Shown here one piece after another: positions 1-9,862 of a DNA stretch of 64,000 bases. The translations under genes were made by a program, and so were the position numbers. The notes under the pieces were generated by a model, which did not search any database, was not told the DNA's origin, and saw nothing but the letters and a program-made list of their open reading frames with translations. Source of the DNA: Cyanidioschyzon merolae (Eukaryota); NCBI GenBank assembly GCA_000091205.1, contig AP006501.2, one strand, 5' to 3'. Numbering within the stretch: the first letter of the stretch is position 1; every line of letters begins with the position of its first letter.

Positions 1-540
1 GCGAATACCCATACGCGTTCCCGCGTTTCGTCCAAAGCAAGCCCCATCGACTGAAAAAATAAATCGACGTTCATCTGCTTCATACCGAACGCGATATTCT
101 ATGAACGCTGTCGTTGCGAATTCCGTGGAATACGGCCGTCCGTGAACCACGACTTGTTTGCGACTGCATCCTAGTGTTTCCAGGGCCACACGAACAAGCT
201 GTTGAGAAGCAGAGACGTCCATGGCGGCTACCATCGTCACTTCTGCTTTCCGTAAAAGGTAAGCAACGGGCCATTTTCTACCATTGACCGCAAGCAGTGT
301 TTCAGATTGTCGTTTTTCGACGCTGAGCGCATTTCCTTGTTTCTTTCATTCATCTGATATCTGCGATATGACTGACCTGAGAACGCAACGCAGTCCTTCT
401 TGCACTGGTCAGTAAACAGTCTATCATACAGACAATTTGTCAACGATCTATTCGATACAATGCATCGTGATTTCGATCCCCTGCTCTACAATGCACCGGG
501 TTTGAAACAAAACCGAGCTGAATGACTTGAGCGATTCATA
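1..540 (-). mobile_element. Unclassified dispersed repeat (family R3), window-truncated copy
   Basis: The reverse complement of 1..540 aligns along its length, at about 75% nt identity, with 44455..45060 (+). Frameshifted ORF pieces on the minus strand (237..443, 80..274) resemble translations of 44383..45164. I recognise no domain. Confidence 0.55.
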
Positions 541-955
541 TCGGCAAGCGATCCACGTCGTGCGTCTGCGATCAACTCTAGCGCCTACTCGCTTTAGCGC
601 AAGGCTCGGTGTCGAGAGGCTTTAGTCGCGTACCTAAAGCGTCCGTGGATCGGACTCCTGTGAGAGGTTTTCTTGGACAAACAGTTCACTTGCAGCAGAG
701 CGTCGACGCTCTAGACGTTGTGGCTAGCGGAGCTAGGAGCGCTCGAGCGGGCCGTGATCGCTGCTCTGGCTAGCAGTAACTGTGACGCACTCGGCAGAGC
801 CCTGGGCAAACTCTTCGATCTCATACCATAGAGGAACTAGGGATTCAGAGGGCTCGCAAGAAACACTGAATACCAGCGATCTTTCAACAAGCGCCGATTG
901 GTGGCGGCTTGCGTACACACGCATAACCGAGCGCATAGCTTCCACAGCTTAACCC

Positions 956-3169
956 ATGGAACACGAAGCGAACTTGAACGATCTATCACTCGACGACAGG
1001 GGCAAACGAGAGCGTCCAGCACCTGAATCCGAAGCTCCACCCTACGTGAACCATCGGATCAGCTGCTGGGAACGTTTCCGCCAACACAAACAAGGCACAC
1101 TGCTGGGATCAAACGGCAGCAGCGACGAGATTTTGATCAAGCTACCCGATGGCACGAGTACTCGAGGCAAACGGTACGAGACCAGTCCCTGGGATGTGGC
1201 GCAGAGCCTGGGACGTGACCTTGCAGAGCGCTCGGTTGTGGCTCTGGTCGACGGGGAGCCCTGGGACATGAACCGACCGCTAGAGGCTGACTGCAGCGTC
1301 GACTTTCGCTCGTTCGATACTCCCGAGGGTCGAGCTGTGTTCTGGCATTCGACAGCGCACATGCTCGGAGAAGCGATGGAGTACAAATACCACGGTGAAC
1401 TATGCATAGGGCCTCCTGTTGAAGACGGTTTCTACTACGACATCTTTCTCGGTGAGCGAGCGATCACTCCGGAGGACCTCGCCGACCTGGAGCGAAGGAT
1501 TCAGCGCATCATGAAAGACAAGGGGCGTACCTTTGAACGCATGGAGCTCACCAAGAGTGAGGCGTTGGAAATGTTCGGCTACAATCGGTTCAAGTGCGAG
1601 CTCATCGAAAAACTGGGCGAAGGGGAAACAATCACTGCGTATCGCGATGGGCCTTTTATCGATCTATGCCGAGGGCCGCACGTCCCATCCTGCGGCCGTG
1701 TCAAGGCAGTGAAGCTCACCCGCCTCGGACAAGCGTACTGGCTGGGAAAGGCCCAAAACCCGTCGCTTCAACGAGTATACGGTATTTCTTTCCCCGACAA
1801 GCAGCAGCTGAAGGAATGGGAGCGACGGATAGAGGAGGCAGCCAAAAGAGACCACCGCAAAATCGGACGCGATCAGGAGCTGTTCTTTTTTCACCCGTAC
1901 AGCCCCGGAAGCTGTTTCTTTCTGCCACATGGGACACGCATCTACAATCGCTTGTTGGAATTTATGCGCCGCGAGTACTGGAATCGCGGCTATGAAGAGG
2001 TGCTTACCCCGACCGTCTTCGATTTTGCGCTGTGGGAGGCCAGCGGCCACGCGGCGAACTATCGCGAGAACATGTTCAGCTTCGAAGTCGAACAGAGAGC
2101 GTTCGGCCTCAAGCCCATGAATTGTCCTTCTCACTGTCTGATCTATGCGTCTCGTGTGCGATCGCATCGGGAGCTGCCGCTTCGCCTGGCCGACTTTGGT
2201 ATCCTGCATCGCAACGAACTGAGCGGAACCCTGACTGGTCTCACTCGTGTTCGCAAGTTCGAGCAGGACGATGCGCACATATTCTGTACGCCTGCACAGG
2301 TTGAATCAGAAGTTCTCGGTTTCCTGAAATTCCTCGAGCACGTCTACCAGATATTCGGCTTCAAATTTGAGCTCGAGCTCTCTACGCGACCAGAAAAATT
2401 CATGGGCGACCCAGCGCTCTGGGACCGAGCGGAGTCCATGCTTGCGCAGGCACTATGTCAGTTCACAGGCAAACAACGCGACGAACCTGGCGGCTGGCGC
2501 CTGAATCCCGGTGACGGTGCCTTCTATGGCCCCAAAATCGACATCAAACTCTTCGATGCGCTGCAGCGGCGACACCAGTGTGCTACCGTTCAACTGGATT
2601 TTCAGTTGCCAATTCGCTTTGATCTTCGTTACACGGCTGCGGGTGCCAGCACTGAGGACGGCAACGCGGCTGCAAGCGGACCGGTACTGGCACCAGTCGC
2701 GGAGCGCAGCCTCGACACCACCGATGCCACGCCCGAGGACGCCAAAGTCGTTCCCGCCTCGCACGACGTTCATCGGCCCGTGATGATTCACCGCGCGATT
2801 TTCGGCTCATTCGAGCGCTTCATCGCGATCATCACGGAGCACTATGGAGGAAAATGGCCGTTCTGGCTTTCACCGAGGCAGGTTGCTGTCCTGCCAGTGA
2901 GCGATCGATTTCTTCACTATGCGCAGCAGGTGCACCAGCGTATTCACGACGCAGGCTTCTTCGTGGACGTCGATAGCTCCGATCGCAAACTGGCGAAAAA
3001 GATTCGGGAAGCACAACTTGCCCAGTATAACTATATTCTTGTGGTCGGTGAAAAGGAGCAGGCCGACGGAACTGTGAATGTGAGAACACGGGACAATGAG
3101 GTTCACGGTGAGCGTACGATTGATCAAATCATTTCCGAGTTTCGCCAGTTGACAGAGCGATTCCAATAA
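956..3169 (+). CDS. Threonyl-tRNA synthetase (class II aaRS; TGS, editing, catalytic and anticodon-binding domains)
   Basis: Single 737-aa ORF. It has a TGS-like N-terminus (ILIKLPDGTS...), an HxxxH editing-domain motif (HSTAHMLGEAMEY), class II core motifs (RIYNRLLEF..., FGILHRNELSG, GAFYGPKIDI) and a C-terminal anticodon-binding region, with a low-complexity Ala/Asp-rich insertion. Confidence 0.9.
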   Translation: MEHEANLNDLSLDDRGKRERPAPESEAPPYVNHRISCWERFRQHKQGTLLGSNGSSDEILIKLPDGTSTRGKRYETSPWDVAQSLGRDLAERSVVALVDGEPWDMNRPLEADCSVDFRSFDTPEGRAVFWHSTAHMLGEAMEYKYHGELCIGPPVEDGFYYDIFLGERAITPEDLADLERRIQRIMKDKGRTFERMELTKSEALEMFGYNRFKCELIEKLGEGETITAYRDGPFIDLCRGPHVPSCGRVKAVKLTRLGQAYWLGKAQNPSLQRVYGISFPDKQQLKEWERRIEEAAKRDHRKIGRDQELFFFHPYSPGSCFFLPHGTRIYNRLLEFMRREYWNRGYEEVLTPTVFDFALWEASGHAANYRENMFSFEVEQRAFGLKPMNCPSHCLIYASRVRSHRELPLRLADFGILHRNELSGTLTGLTRVRKFEQDDAHIFCTPAQVESEVLGFLKFLEHVYQIFGFKFELELSTRPEKFMGDPALWDRAESMLAQALCQFTGKQRDEPGGWRLNPGDGAFYGPKIDIKLFDALQRRHQCATVQLDFQLPIRFDLRYTAAGASTEDGNAAASGPVLAPVAERSLDTTDATPEDAKVVPASHDVHRPVMIHRAIFGSFERFIAIITEHYGGKWPFWLSPRQVAVLPVSDRFLHYAQQVHQRIHDAGFFVDVDSSDRKLAKKIREAQLAQYNYILVVGEKEQADGTVNVRTRDNEVHGERTIDQIISEFRQLTERFQ

Positions 3170-3229
3170 AGCATTTCGAGTGTATCGCAACAGTACCCAT
3201 CCGCTGGACAGCGACGAACCGGCGTGCAT

Positions 3230-3850
3230 CGGATCTAGCGACTCGAGCCGGTCTCGTGCATTGACGCGTTTCGAGTACCTAGAGACGATAGCGTGTGTGT
3301 CTGTACACCGATTTGCAGACGCCCCCCCCCCCCCCCGGGTTTTGCTCTAAGGGCCCCATGCCATCGGCTTTAGTTTCTTCTCGTGCACCTCGAGCCGGAG
3401 AGGATGTCCAACAAAGCTTGATCGCCTCAGCTCCTCGGGTCTTGTGTTCAGCACCGCACTTCTCCGGATATGGATCGCAGCGTTGAAGTCTCGGTTCACG
3501 AACTCCATGCATGTATTGCCGCTGTGGTTGAATTCACCAATGCAAGGGTTGATAGGACTCGTTCCCTCTGTACCAGTACAGTCTCGTCATCTACCCGTCA
3601 GGCAAACATCTTTTCTGACATATCTCCCCTCTTCGTATGCTCATTCTTCCTGCTCTTCTTCGCTTCATAGTCGACGAGAAGAGGATATTTTTGAAGCATC
3701 CAGCGATGATGACGGCCCTGCGGGATCCCCGACTTGCAAGTCCATACCTTTTCCTTGGATTTTATTTGCACTTTAAATCAACGCACTTGGAATGCACCTG
3801 CTGTAACTCATGAAACCGCTTTTGATACCAGGCACCTGGATATGGAACAC
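3230..3850 (-). mobile_element. Short internally deleted Fanzor/TnpB-like derivative (copy A)
   Basis: The minus strand encodes ...EFVNRDFNAAIHIRRSAVLNTRPEEL..., a RuvC-III-like motif, at about 3480..3530, preceded by a conserved 5' segment at 3700..3850. That segment is homologous at nt level to 27050..27125 and 38330..38400. The short ORF is frameshifted, and there is a poly-C(13) tract near the 3' tail. Confidence 0.6.
3325..3337. repeat. Homopolymer C(13)
   Basis: A direct run of 13 C residues. Confidence 0.95.
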
Positions 3851-4167
3851 CATCGAGTTGATAGCCTAGAATCGGGGAATGGATCTCAGGGCAGCCGCCG
3901 TCGCCGCCGCTGCCGCCGCTGCATCGATCCACTCTCAGCGCAGCGCAGCAGCAGGGCGATGCAGTGCTCATCTGCAACCTCCGAAAACGTCCTACAAGGT
4001 GTTGCGTGAAGTACACGAGCACCTGTTTATCCTGGGGAATTTTCGAGGCAATCGATAGGTGTTTCTTTTTGGGGGCGGCTGCTGCGGCGATCGCTTGCTT
4101 TTTCATAGCGAGCACGGAGAGGCAGGGCTTGTCATCGGAGGGTACCGCTTGCTCCGCCCCCGTCACA

Positions 4168-4719
4168 ATGAGTGCGGGAACAAGTCCCGTCTCACGCAAG
4201 TCTGAGGAAGCAGACGTGGTGAAACCGAGACTTCCCCCGAATCTTCAGTTTCCAGAACGAAATCCTTCAGAAAAATTTGCTGAGATGGTGTTGGAGTCTT
4301 GCGCATTCAAGGCCGTAGCTGCGGCAATCGCTGGTGGCGGTCTTGGCGTTGCCCTGGGACTCTTCATCGGCGGCTTTTCAGCCGAGTTAGATCGGGCTGT
4401 CGAAGCGCAGTCGCCGTGGCGAGAGCAGCTTCGAGCATACGGGAAAGCGCTTGCGGCCCAGATCCGAACGTATTCGAAGAACTTTGCCCTCTGGGGAGCA
4501 ACATACACTATCGCGGAGTGCTCCGTGGAGAAGTACAGGGCGCGTCACGATCTCTGGAATAGCCTCATTGCCGGCTGTGCGACTGGTGCTGTGCTAGCTT
4601 CCCAGCCGCGAGCGTCCATGAGTGCTCGAACGCGCGGCCAGCAGATGTCGGTCGGCTGCCTGGGCGTCGCAGCGTTTAGCTGTGCCATCGACTACTGGCT
4701 AGAGCATCGGCACGCGTGA
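4168..4719 (+). CDS. Tim17/Tim22/Tim23-family mitochondrial inner-membrane translocase subunit
   Basis: About 183 aa from the ATG at 4168. It has GxxxG-rich TM segments (AAAIAGGGLGVALGLFIGGF) and FALWGATYTIAECSVEKYRARHDLWNSLIAGCATGA, typical of PF02466-type proteins. The upstream part of the ORF (3964..4167) is probably non-coding extension. Confidence 0.65.
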   Translation: MSAGTSPVSRKSEEADVVKPRLPPNLQFPERNPSEKFAEMVLESCAFKAVAAAIAGGGLGVALGLFIGGFSAELDRAVEAQSPWREQLRAYGKALAAQIRTYSKNFALWGATYTIAECSVEKYRARHDLWNSLIAGCATGAVLASQPRASMSARTRGQQMSVGCLGVAAFSCAIDYWLEHRHA

Positions 4720-5628
4720 ATGAATATGGTGAACTAGGTGTTTGCTGTCCGTAACGGTCACTCGTTGCTGGACCCCGCCAAGTAGGATGCGTTGGTGTTG
4801 TCGCTGGTGCGGCCAGCGCGCGACGCTCGAGAAAGCTGCACCAGGAAAAGCCCCTGAGCGATCGGAGCACATGGAGTATACCGCGGGTACCTGGTACGGA
4901 GCGAGAGCGCGGACCCCGCTGTGGCTGTGATTCGGGAATCAAAAAACGAATGCGGCCTTTGGTAGGCAGAGGTGACTTGTACCCAGTGAACGACTGTGAG
5001 GAATTTTGGAATCTGCTGAAGCATCGGAGGCACGCGGCGGACGCCCAGCCAGGACGCTGTGATGTCTTCCTCGTGCGCCATGGAGCGGGCGTGTGCGAAT
5101 GAAAGCGTCTAATCCGCTCCTATATTCGATACTTGGACGACTATTTCAGGTCTTTGTTGTTGTACGCAAACGTCACAGTGGTTTGAAATGTGCGCGCTTG
5201 CTCGTTTCGAGCAATGTCGCAGTGGCGAGCATGTCCGATCTGGAGCATTGCCCGATGCCCGGGAGCGTTCTGATCGCTCGATCTCTGCTACACGTTTTTG
5301 TTCTGAAGCACCGCTTGCGCTCGCAAATGACCATGAGGAAAAAGGGTCCTCTACGGCCGGTCTTGAACGACGCTGGTGCTTTCGATTCCCGCAGAGACGT
5401 CGTACTTTCGAATCTTTCCTTGTGACAGGTCGCGTGCGTGACGAACCGTGTAGGAATGGGATTTCGATCCAGATGATCAGCTGCGAGAGAACACAGTCTG
5501 AACCCGACGTCCGATTCATGACATTTCCCTGGGTGCTTTGCAGAGGGCTCGGCCCAGCGTCCAGTTCAAGTTCGATGCGACGGCATCGCGCATTCCTCGC
5601 AGTTCTTGGCGAGATGGGTCATGCCAAT

Positions 5629-5667
5629 GACAGCAGCAGCAGTAGCTGCTGCTGCTGCTGCTGCTTC
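5629..5667. repeat. Inverted microsatellite (CAG)4-TAG-(CTG)7 with perfect hairpin potential
   Basis: cagcagcagcag at 5631..5642 is the exact reverse complement of ctgctgctgctg at 5646..5657, separated by a 3-nt loop. Confidence 0.85.
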
Positions 5668-7066
5668 GGCACACACGGTAGATGCGATGGTGAAGAGGAA
5701 TCCTTGCCTGAGCGCCTCTGCAATGAGCAGCGTCTGAAGCGGCGTTGGCTTCGTTCCAGAATGAATGCGGGCGAAGCGGCGGCATCCGTGGTTCCCGTCG
5801 CAGCATTTGCACTGCTCTTCGGAGACGATATCCATTGAAGCTTCATCACGATCATGATGATCCAAGAGTTTTGTTTTGTATCTCTGACGCATACGCATTG
5901 TCGAGCGCTGGCTCTCGTGCGAGTTCGAATTTGCAGCACTAGATCGGCAGAGCATGTCTCGTCTTCCACAAGCGCCCTGCTATTGCCAAGGCTCCATGCG
6001 GCTTCTTTGCGTTCTCTGTCAAAGAGGCGCTCGCTAGATCACCGCCAGCAATGTAAACTTGGTGTTTGGTGTTGCGACTCTAATGAAAACTAGAGGCGGC
6101 CACAAATCGCTGCACAGAAAAGAGGGAAAGCGTGTCACACTGGTGCGACCCGTGTGCTGCCGGATAGCGCCCGAAGACACAGTATCCTGGGAGGCTGCAC
6201 GAGCCACCTCACGGTTGCCAAGTGTTGCGGAAACGTTCGCGATGTGTACTGGAGAGAATTCGACGACTCTGCCAAACACGACTTTTCGTGGATGCTTATG
6301 CGTCAAAATGCAACCGCCACTTCCCTTGAGCCGCCTCCGAACGACGCAACAGCATGTCAGAGCGCCCAACGATCCGCATGCCCTTCTTTACCTACAGCAA
6401 GTGCGCTGTTCCTAGGAGGTCTGTTCGCGGATAGAACCAACGTCTTGCAACCAGATTCATACGCTGCGGTCAACAGCGCCTAGCAAAGGATACTCATGAA
6501 CTTGTGTGAATGCCAGCACCAACTCGTTACCAATGTCTTTGCGCGAACCAAGAAGTCCTCCTAAAACCAAACCCAAATGCGACTGTAACCCACACCCAGT
6601 GTAGAATCCTTAAATCCCCTCTTTACCCGCAGCAGCCCGGCAGTGATCAGGGTCCTTCTCGCGAACAAGCGCAACTCTGCCCAAAAAGAGCCCTTCTTCG
6701 ACGCTAGACTTGCCTCGCAGACATAAAGCACGCACCGGCCACAGTTTCCCCAGCAGCTTTACTAGATCAAGGCGGAGCGCCACAGACACCAGTTCAATCG
6801 ACGTCCTAGACGTACATATTCCATGCGAACACCTCTTCCGTATTTTACAGTGCTCCAGCTTTCGACTATGCTACCGCGAACCTTACGGATTTGCACACGC
6901 TCCCCGTATCCACACAAAATCCTGCCAATAATATCACACATTCATCTACGCCCTGCTTCGATTCATCGATCCTGCACCATCACCAATAAACACGAAACAA
7001 ACGAGAGAAACCTGCATGCCGCTGATGAAAGCGCCCCACAGGCACGGAAGCGAATCCACGCGCAGG

Positions 7067-7245
7067 TTTTTTCATGGACAAGACGTTCACATAGGCCAGC
7101 GTTCTCCGATTATGCGCATTTTTCTTTTCTTACTTTTCTTGTGTGTTTTCTTTCAGTGCGCGGTGAGGTATCCATCAAACACCCGATCTCCAACGTACAT
7201 TACCGATACCTCTTCTCGGATATTCTGGTCGTTTCGTATCCGCAT
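7067..7245. repeat. About 180-bp dispersed repeat R, copy 1
   Basis: TTTTTTCATGGACAAGACGTTCACATAGGCCAG...CTCCGATTATGCGCATTTTTCTTTTCTT...CAGTGCGCGGT...TTCTCGGATATTCTGGTCGTTTC is shared with 56122..56305. A partial copy (TTCTCGGATATTCT) lies at about 26400..26450. Confidence 0.6.
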
Positions 7246-7398
7246 GCAGATCAACGCCACGCGCGGCTGCGCTCTCGGATCGATCCGCTGTGGACGGCGC
7301 GAAACGGCGGCACCCGGCGCAGCGCCACCATAGCGGAAGGGGCGAACGCACCGTACCCCAAGTAGGATACCGGGGGCCTCCTTGTTGCGAACAGCGGC

Positions 7399-8877
7399 AT
7401 GACAGCGTGGTTACTGGCTCCCTCACCTGTCCATGCACGAAAGATGTTCAGTGCGAGCAGCCGGGTATGTGCGCTTGGAACGGGAAGGCAGCTGCCGGTG
7501 CAGGTGCCGTCGGCTCCGCAGCGAGCGGCACGGCGTACGCGCTCCCGGAAACGCCTCTCGTGCTCAACGGAGACGCACGTGCATCTCGTAGGTTTTGGTC
7601 TCGCTGGGGCAGCGTTAGCGTTTTATCTTTGTGAGCGCGCATCCCAGAGCCAACGGCTGACGATTAGTGTTGTCGACTCGGCCGGTGCGGGCTGTGCTGG
7701 TGGTGCAACGCACGCATCCGCTGGCATCCTGCACCCGTTTACGCCCCGCGGACGAAAGATTTGGCTTGGCGACGAGGGCCTCATTTGCATGCGAGAAATC
7801 CTAGGGGTTATATCTGAGAAAGACTCGTCGCCGGTTGCGCGGCGGAGTGGCCTGCTTCGTCTAGCGACCACCGACCGAGAAGCTGCGGACTATGCCGCAG
7901 CAGCAACGCAAATGTATCCGCAGCAGCTGTACTGGGATGCGGCTCGGAGTCAGCTTTACATTCCCGACGCGTGGGTTGTTGATGCGCCCGCGTACGTACG
8001 TGCCATTCGGCGGTACCTCGAGCGTAACCACTCCGACAAGCTCACGCTCTGGGAGACGCGTGAAGTGCGCTCGGTAGCCGACGAGTGCCGGCGGCTGCAG
8101 AGCCTTGCTGAGGCCAGCTGTGCAGCGGTTACTTTCCTGGTGATTGCAGCTGGCGCCAGCAGCAGGCTTCTGATTCCTTCATTGCCGCTGACATGGTGCG
8201 GTGGCCACAACCTTGTTTTCCGGAGCCAGGACTTGACGTGGCCGTCGCCCGAGTTCGCAGCGGCGAGCACGCTCACTGCCGGGTTTTCGTCAACAAGTGC
8301 ACCAGGCTCCGTGCCCCTGATCGGTCATGGGTCGTATCTGGTACCGACACCTGACGGCACTCGTGTCATTGGCGGTGCAACGAAGGAGTACGGTATGACG
8401 GCAACAGAGGTGCTCAAGGCGCAGTCTCGTTCACCGTCGGAACAGATGGCGCGAGCCACTTCGGCGCTGAGACAGCCTCTCAGTGCACTGCTTGGCAGGT
8501 ATGCAAACCTCGCAGAGCGCTACGCTGCCGGAGAGTCGCCGCTCTCGAATACAGGCATCCTGCGCGATCCGCTTGAGGCGCTCTACGGCGTTCGAGCGCT
8601 TCCGCCACGCAGTGCTCTCGGAGCGGTGCCTCTGCTTGGAGAGATCCAACATGAAGCGCTTTCCATGTTGGCAAGCACAAGCATACCAGAGAATACTCGC
8701 GTCCTGTATTTCACTGGTCTCGGCAGCCGCGGCTTAATCCATCACGGCATTATTGGCCGACTTGCAGCTGATGCTGTACTTCGCGGAGAGTCTGTCGTCT
8801 CGCTTGGCAGCGTGGCAAGTCCCACGGTACTTTCCTCGGTGCGTCGCGCGGCAGCGGCAGCTGTGGCCGCCTCCTGA
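7399..8877 (+). CDS. FAD-dependent oxidoreductase (DAO-like), probable N-terminal targeting peptide
   Basis: 492-aa ORF with a dinucleotide-binding fingerprint (VHLVGFGLAGAALAFYL) followed by DAO-family-like architecture. The N-terminus is R/S-rich. The 3' low-complexity Ala tail overlaps the convergent S17 gene. Confidence 0.55.
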   Translation: MTAWLLAPSPVHARKMFSASSRVCALGTGRQLPVQVPSAPQRAARRTRSRKRLSCSTETHVHLVGFGLAGAALAFYLCERASQSQRLTISVVDSAGAGCAGGATHASAGILHPFTPRGRKIWLGDEGLICMREILGVISEKDSSPVARRSGLLRLATTDREAADYAAAATQMYPQQLYWDAARSQLYIPDAWVVDAPAYVRAIRRYLERNHSDKLTLWETREVRSVADECRRLQSLAEASCAAVTFLVIAAGASSRLLIPSLPLTWCGGHNLVFRSQDLTWPSPEFAAASTLTAGFSSTSAPGSVPLIGHGSYLVPTPDGTRVIGGATKEYGMTATEVLKAQSRSPSEQMARATSALRQPLSALLGRYANLAERYAAGESPLSNTGILRDPLEALYGVRALPPRSALGAVPLLGEIQHEALSMLASTSIPENTRVLYFTGLGSRGLIHHGIIGRLAADAVLRGESVVSLGSVASPTVLSSVRRAAAAAVAAS

Positions 8878-9521
8878 CGGCGCCGTTCCGAGCTGCCAAA
8901 GTTCTCGACCACCACAAACCGTTTCCGTCGACTCAGCGGGCGGCAGAGTCGAATGGTGACCTTGTCTCCAAGAAGACAGCGATCCTCCTCGTCATGAGCC
9001 ATAAACCTACGCGTAACGAAACGGTACGTCTTGATTTTGGGCTCATATCGAAGTCGACGCGCGGCAACGACAACCGTCTTCTGCGGTGCGTTCGAAACCA
9101 CGACGCCGTGAATGCACTGCGCCCGACGTCGCCTCGTGAGGCTCAAGAGGCGCTTACAGAGCACCTCCTGGTTATCGGTGGGTCGCACCAAACCCCCGTA
9201 GGCCCGTAGCGCCTGCTTTAGTTCGTCGAGGCTCAGCGACTGAACTTGTTCGATTGGGGCGCCAAAGTAAGGCGCCGTATACACGGGACCCTGAACAACG
9301 CCTCTTGACTTGGTCGACTCTGAACAGTACCGAGGGAGCACAGCGTGATTCGTAACCAGCAGAAGGCCTGCTCGCCGCGTTCCACTGTCGCACAGCGGTC
9401 CAGTGCGTGGCCCCTGCAGACCTACGCCACTCGCGGAAGCGAGACTGAGAACGTTGCGCCTGACTATACGAGTCAGAGCAGTAAGCGCGCTGTACATTCC
9501 GTGTCCGTACGTGGAAACCAA
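8742..9521 (-). CDS. Mitochondrial ribosomal protein S17 (uS17 fold) with N-terminal SAP-like motif
   Basis: The C-terminal part (GVVVSNAPQKTVVVAARRLRYEPKIKTYRFVTRRFMAHDEEDRCLLGDKVTIRLCRPLSRRKRFVVVENF) matches the uS17 consensus (KTxVV..eR...Hp.Y.K.......y.aHDE...c..GD.V.I.ecRPLSk.K.w.lv). Upstream, LSLDELKQALRAYGGLVRPTDNQEVLCKRLL is SAP-like. Confidence 0.7.
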   Translation of the reverse strand: MVSTYGHGMYSALTALTRIVRRNVLSLASASGVGLQGPRTGPLCDSGTRRAGLLLVTNHAVLPRYCSESTKSRGVVQGPVYTAPYFGAPIEQVQSLSLDELKQALRAYGGLVRPTDNQEVLCKRLLSLTRRRRAQCIHGVVVSNAPQKTVVVAARRLRYEPKIKTYRFVTRRFMAHDEEDRCLLGDKVTIRLCRPLSRRKRFVVVENFGSSERRRQEAATAAAAARRTEESTVGLATLPSETTDSPRSTASAASRPIMP

Positions 9522-9806
9522 ATGAAAACGAAAGGATCCCTACGTGTTTGTATGCACGCGTCGAGCCACCACAGTCTATCCACGTACCTATGGAAATGCG
9601 TACTTGCGGATACAGGCTTTTGCGTATCCGCCAGCGTCCTTGCCGGCCGCCGCGAGTGTGTCCGATCACCGATGCTGGAGCGCGCTCGCTGCCTCGACGC
9701 GCTCTGCTCAAGCGAAGCGCCTTGTTGCGAGTTGCTTGCACCTGGAGTTGACGAGTTTGGGGTACCAGCTCCCGTGGAGGGGCACGACGGACGTGTCCAC
9801 TGCGAG

Positions 9807-9839
9807 CCAGCCAGCCAGCCAGGTAGCCAGCCAGCCAGC
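9807..9839. repeat. (CCAG)n microsatellite, interrupted
   Basis: ccagccagccagccag, then gtag, then ccagccagccag. Confidence 0.85.
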
Positions 9840-9862
9840 GTCTCAGCGGAAGGTGCTTCGCG

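Noticed and set aside
1664-2278. 204-aa minus-strand ORF (plus several 60-130 aa ORFs) inside the ThrRS coding region
   Set aside because: Entirely antisense to a highly conserved, uninterrupted aaRS gene. It reflects GC-rich sequence avoiding stops, and I recognise no domain.
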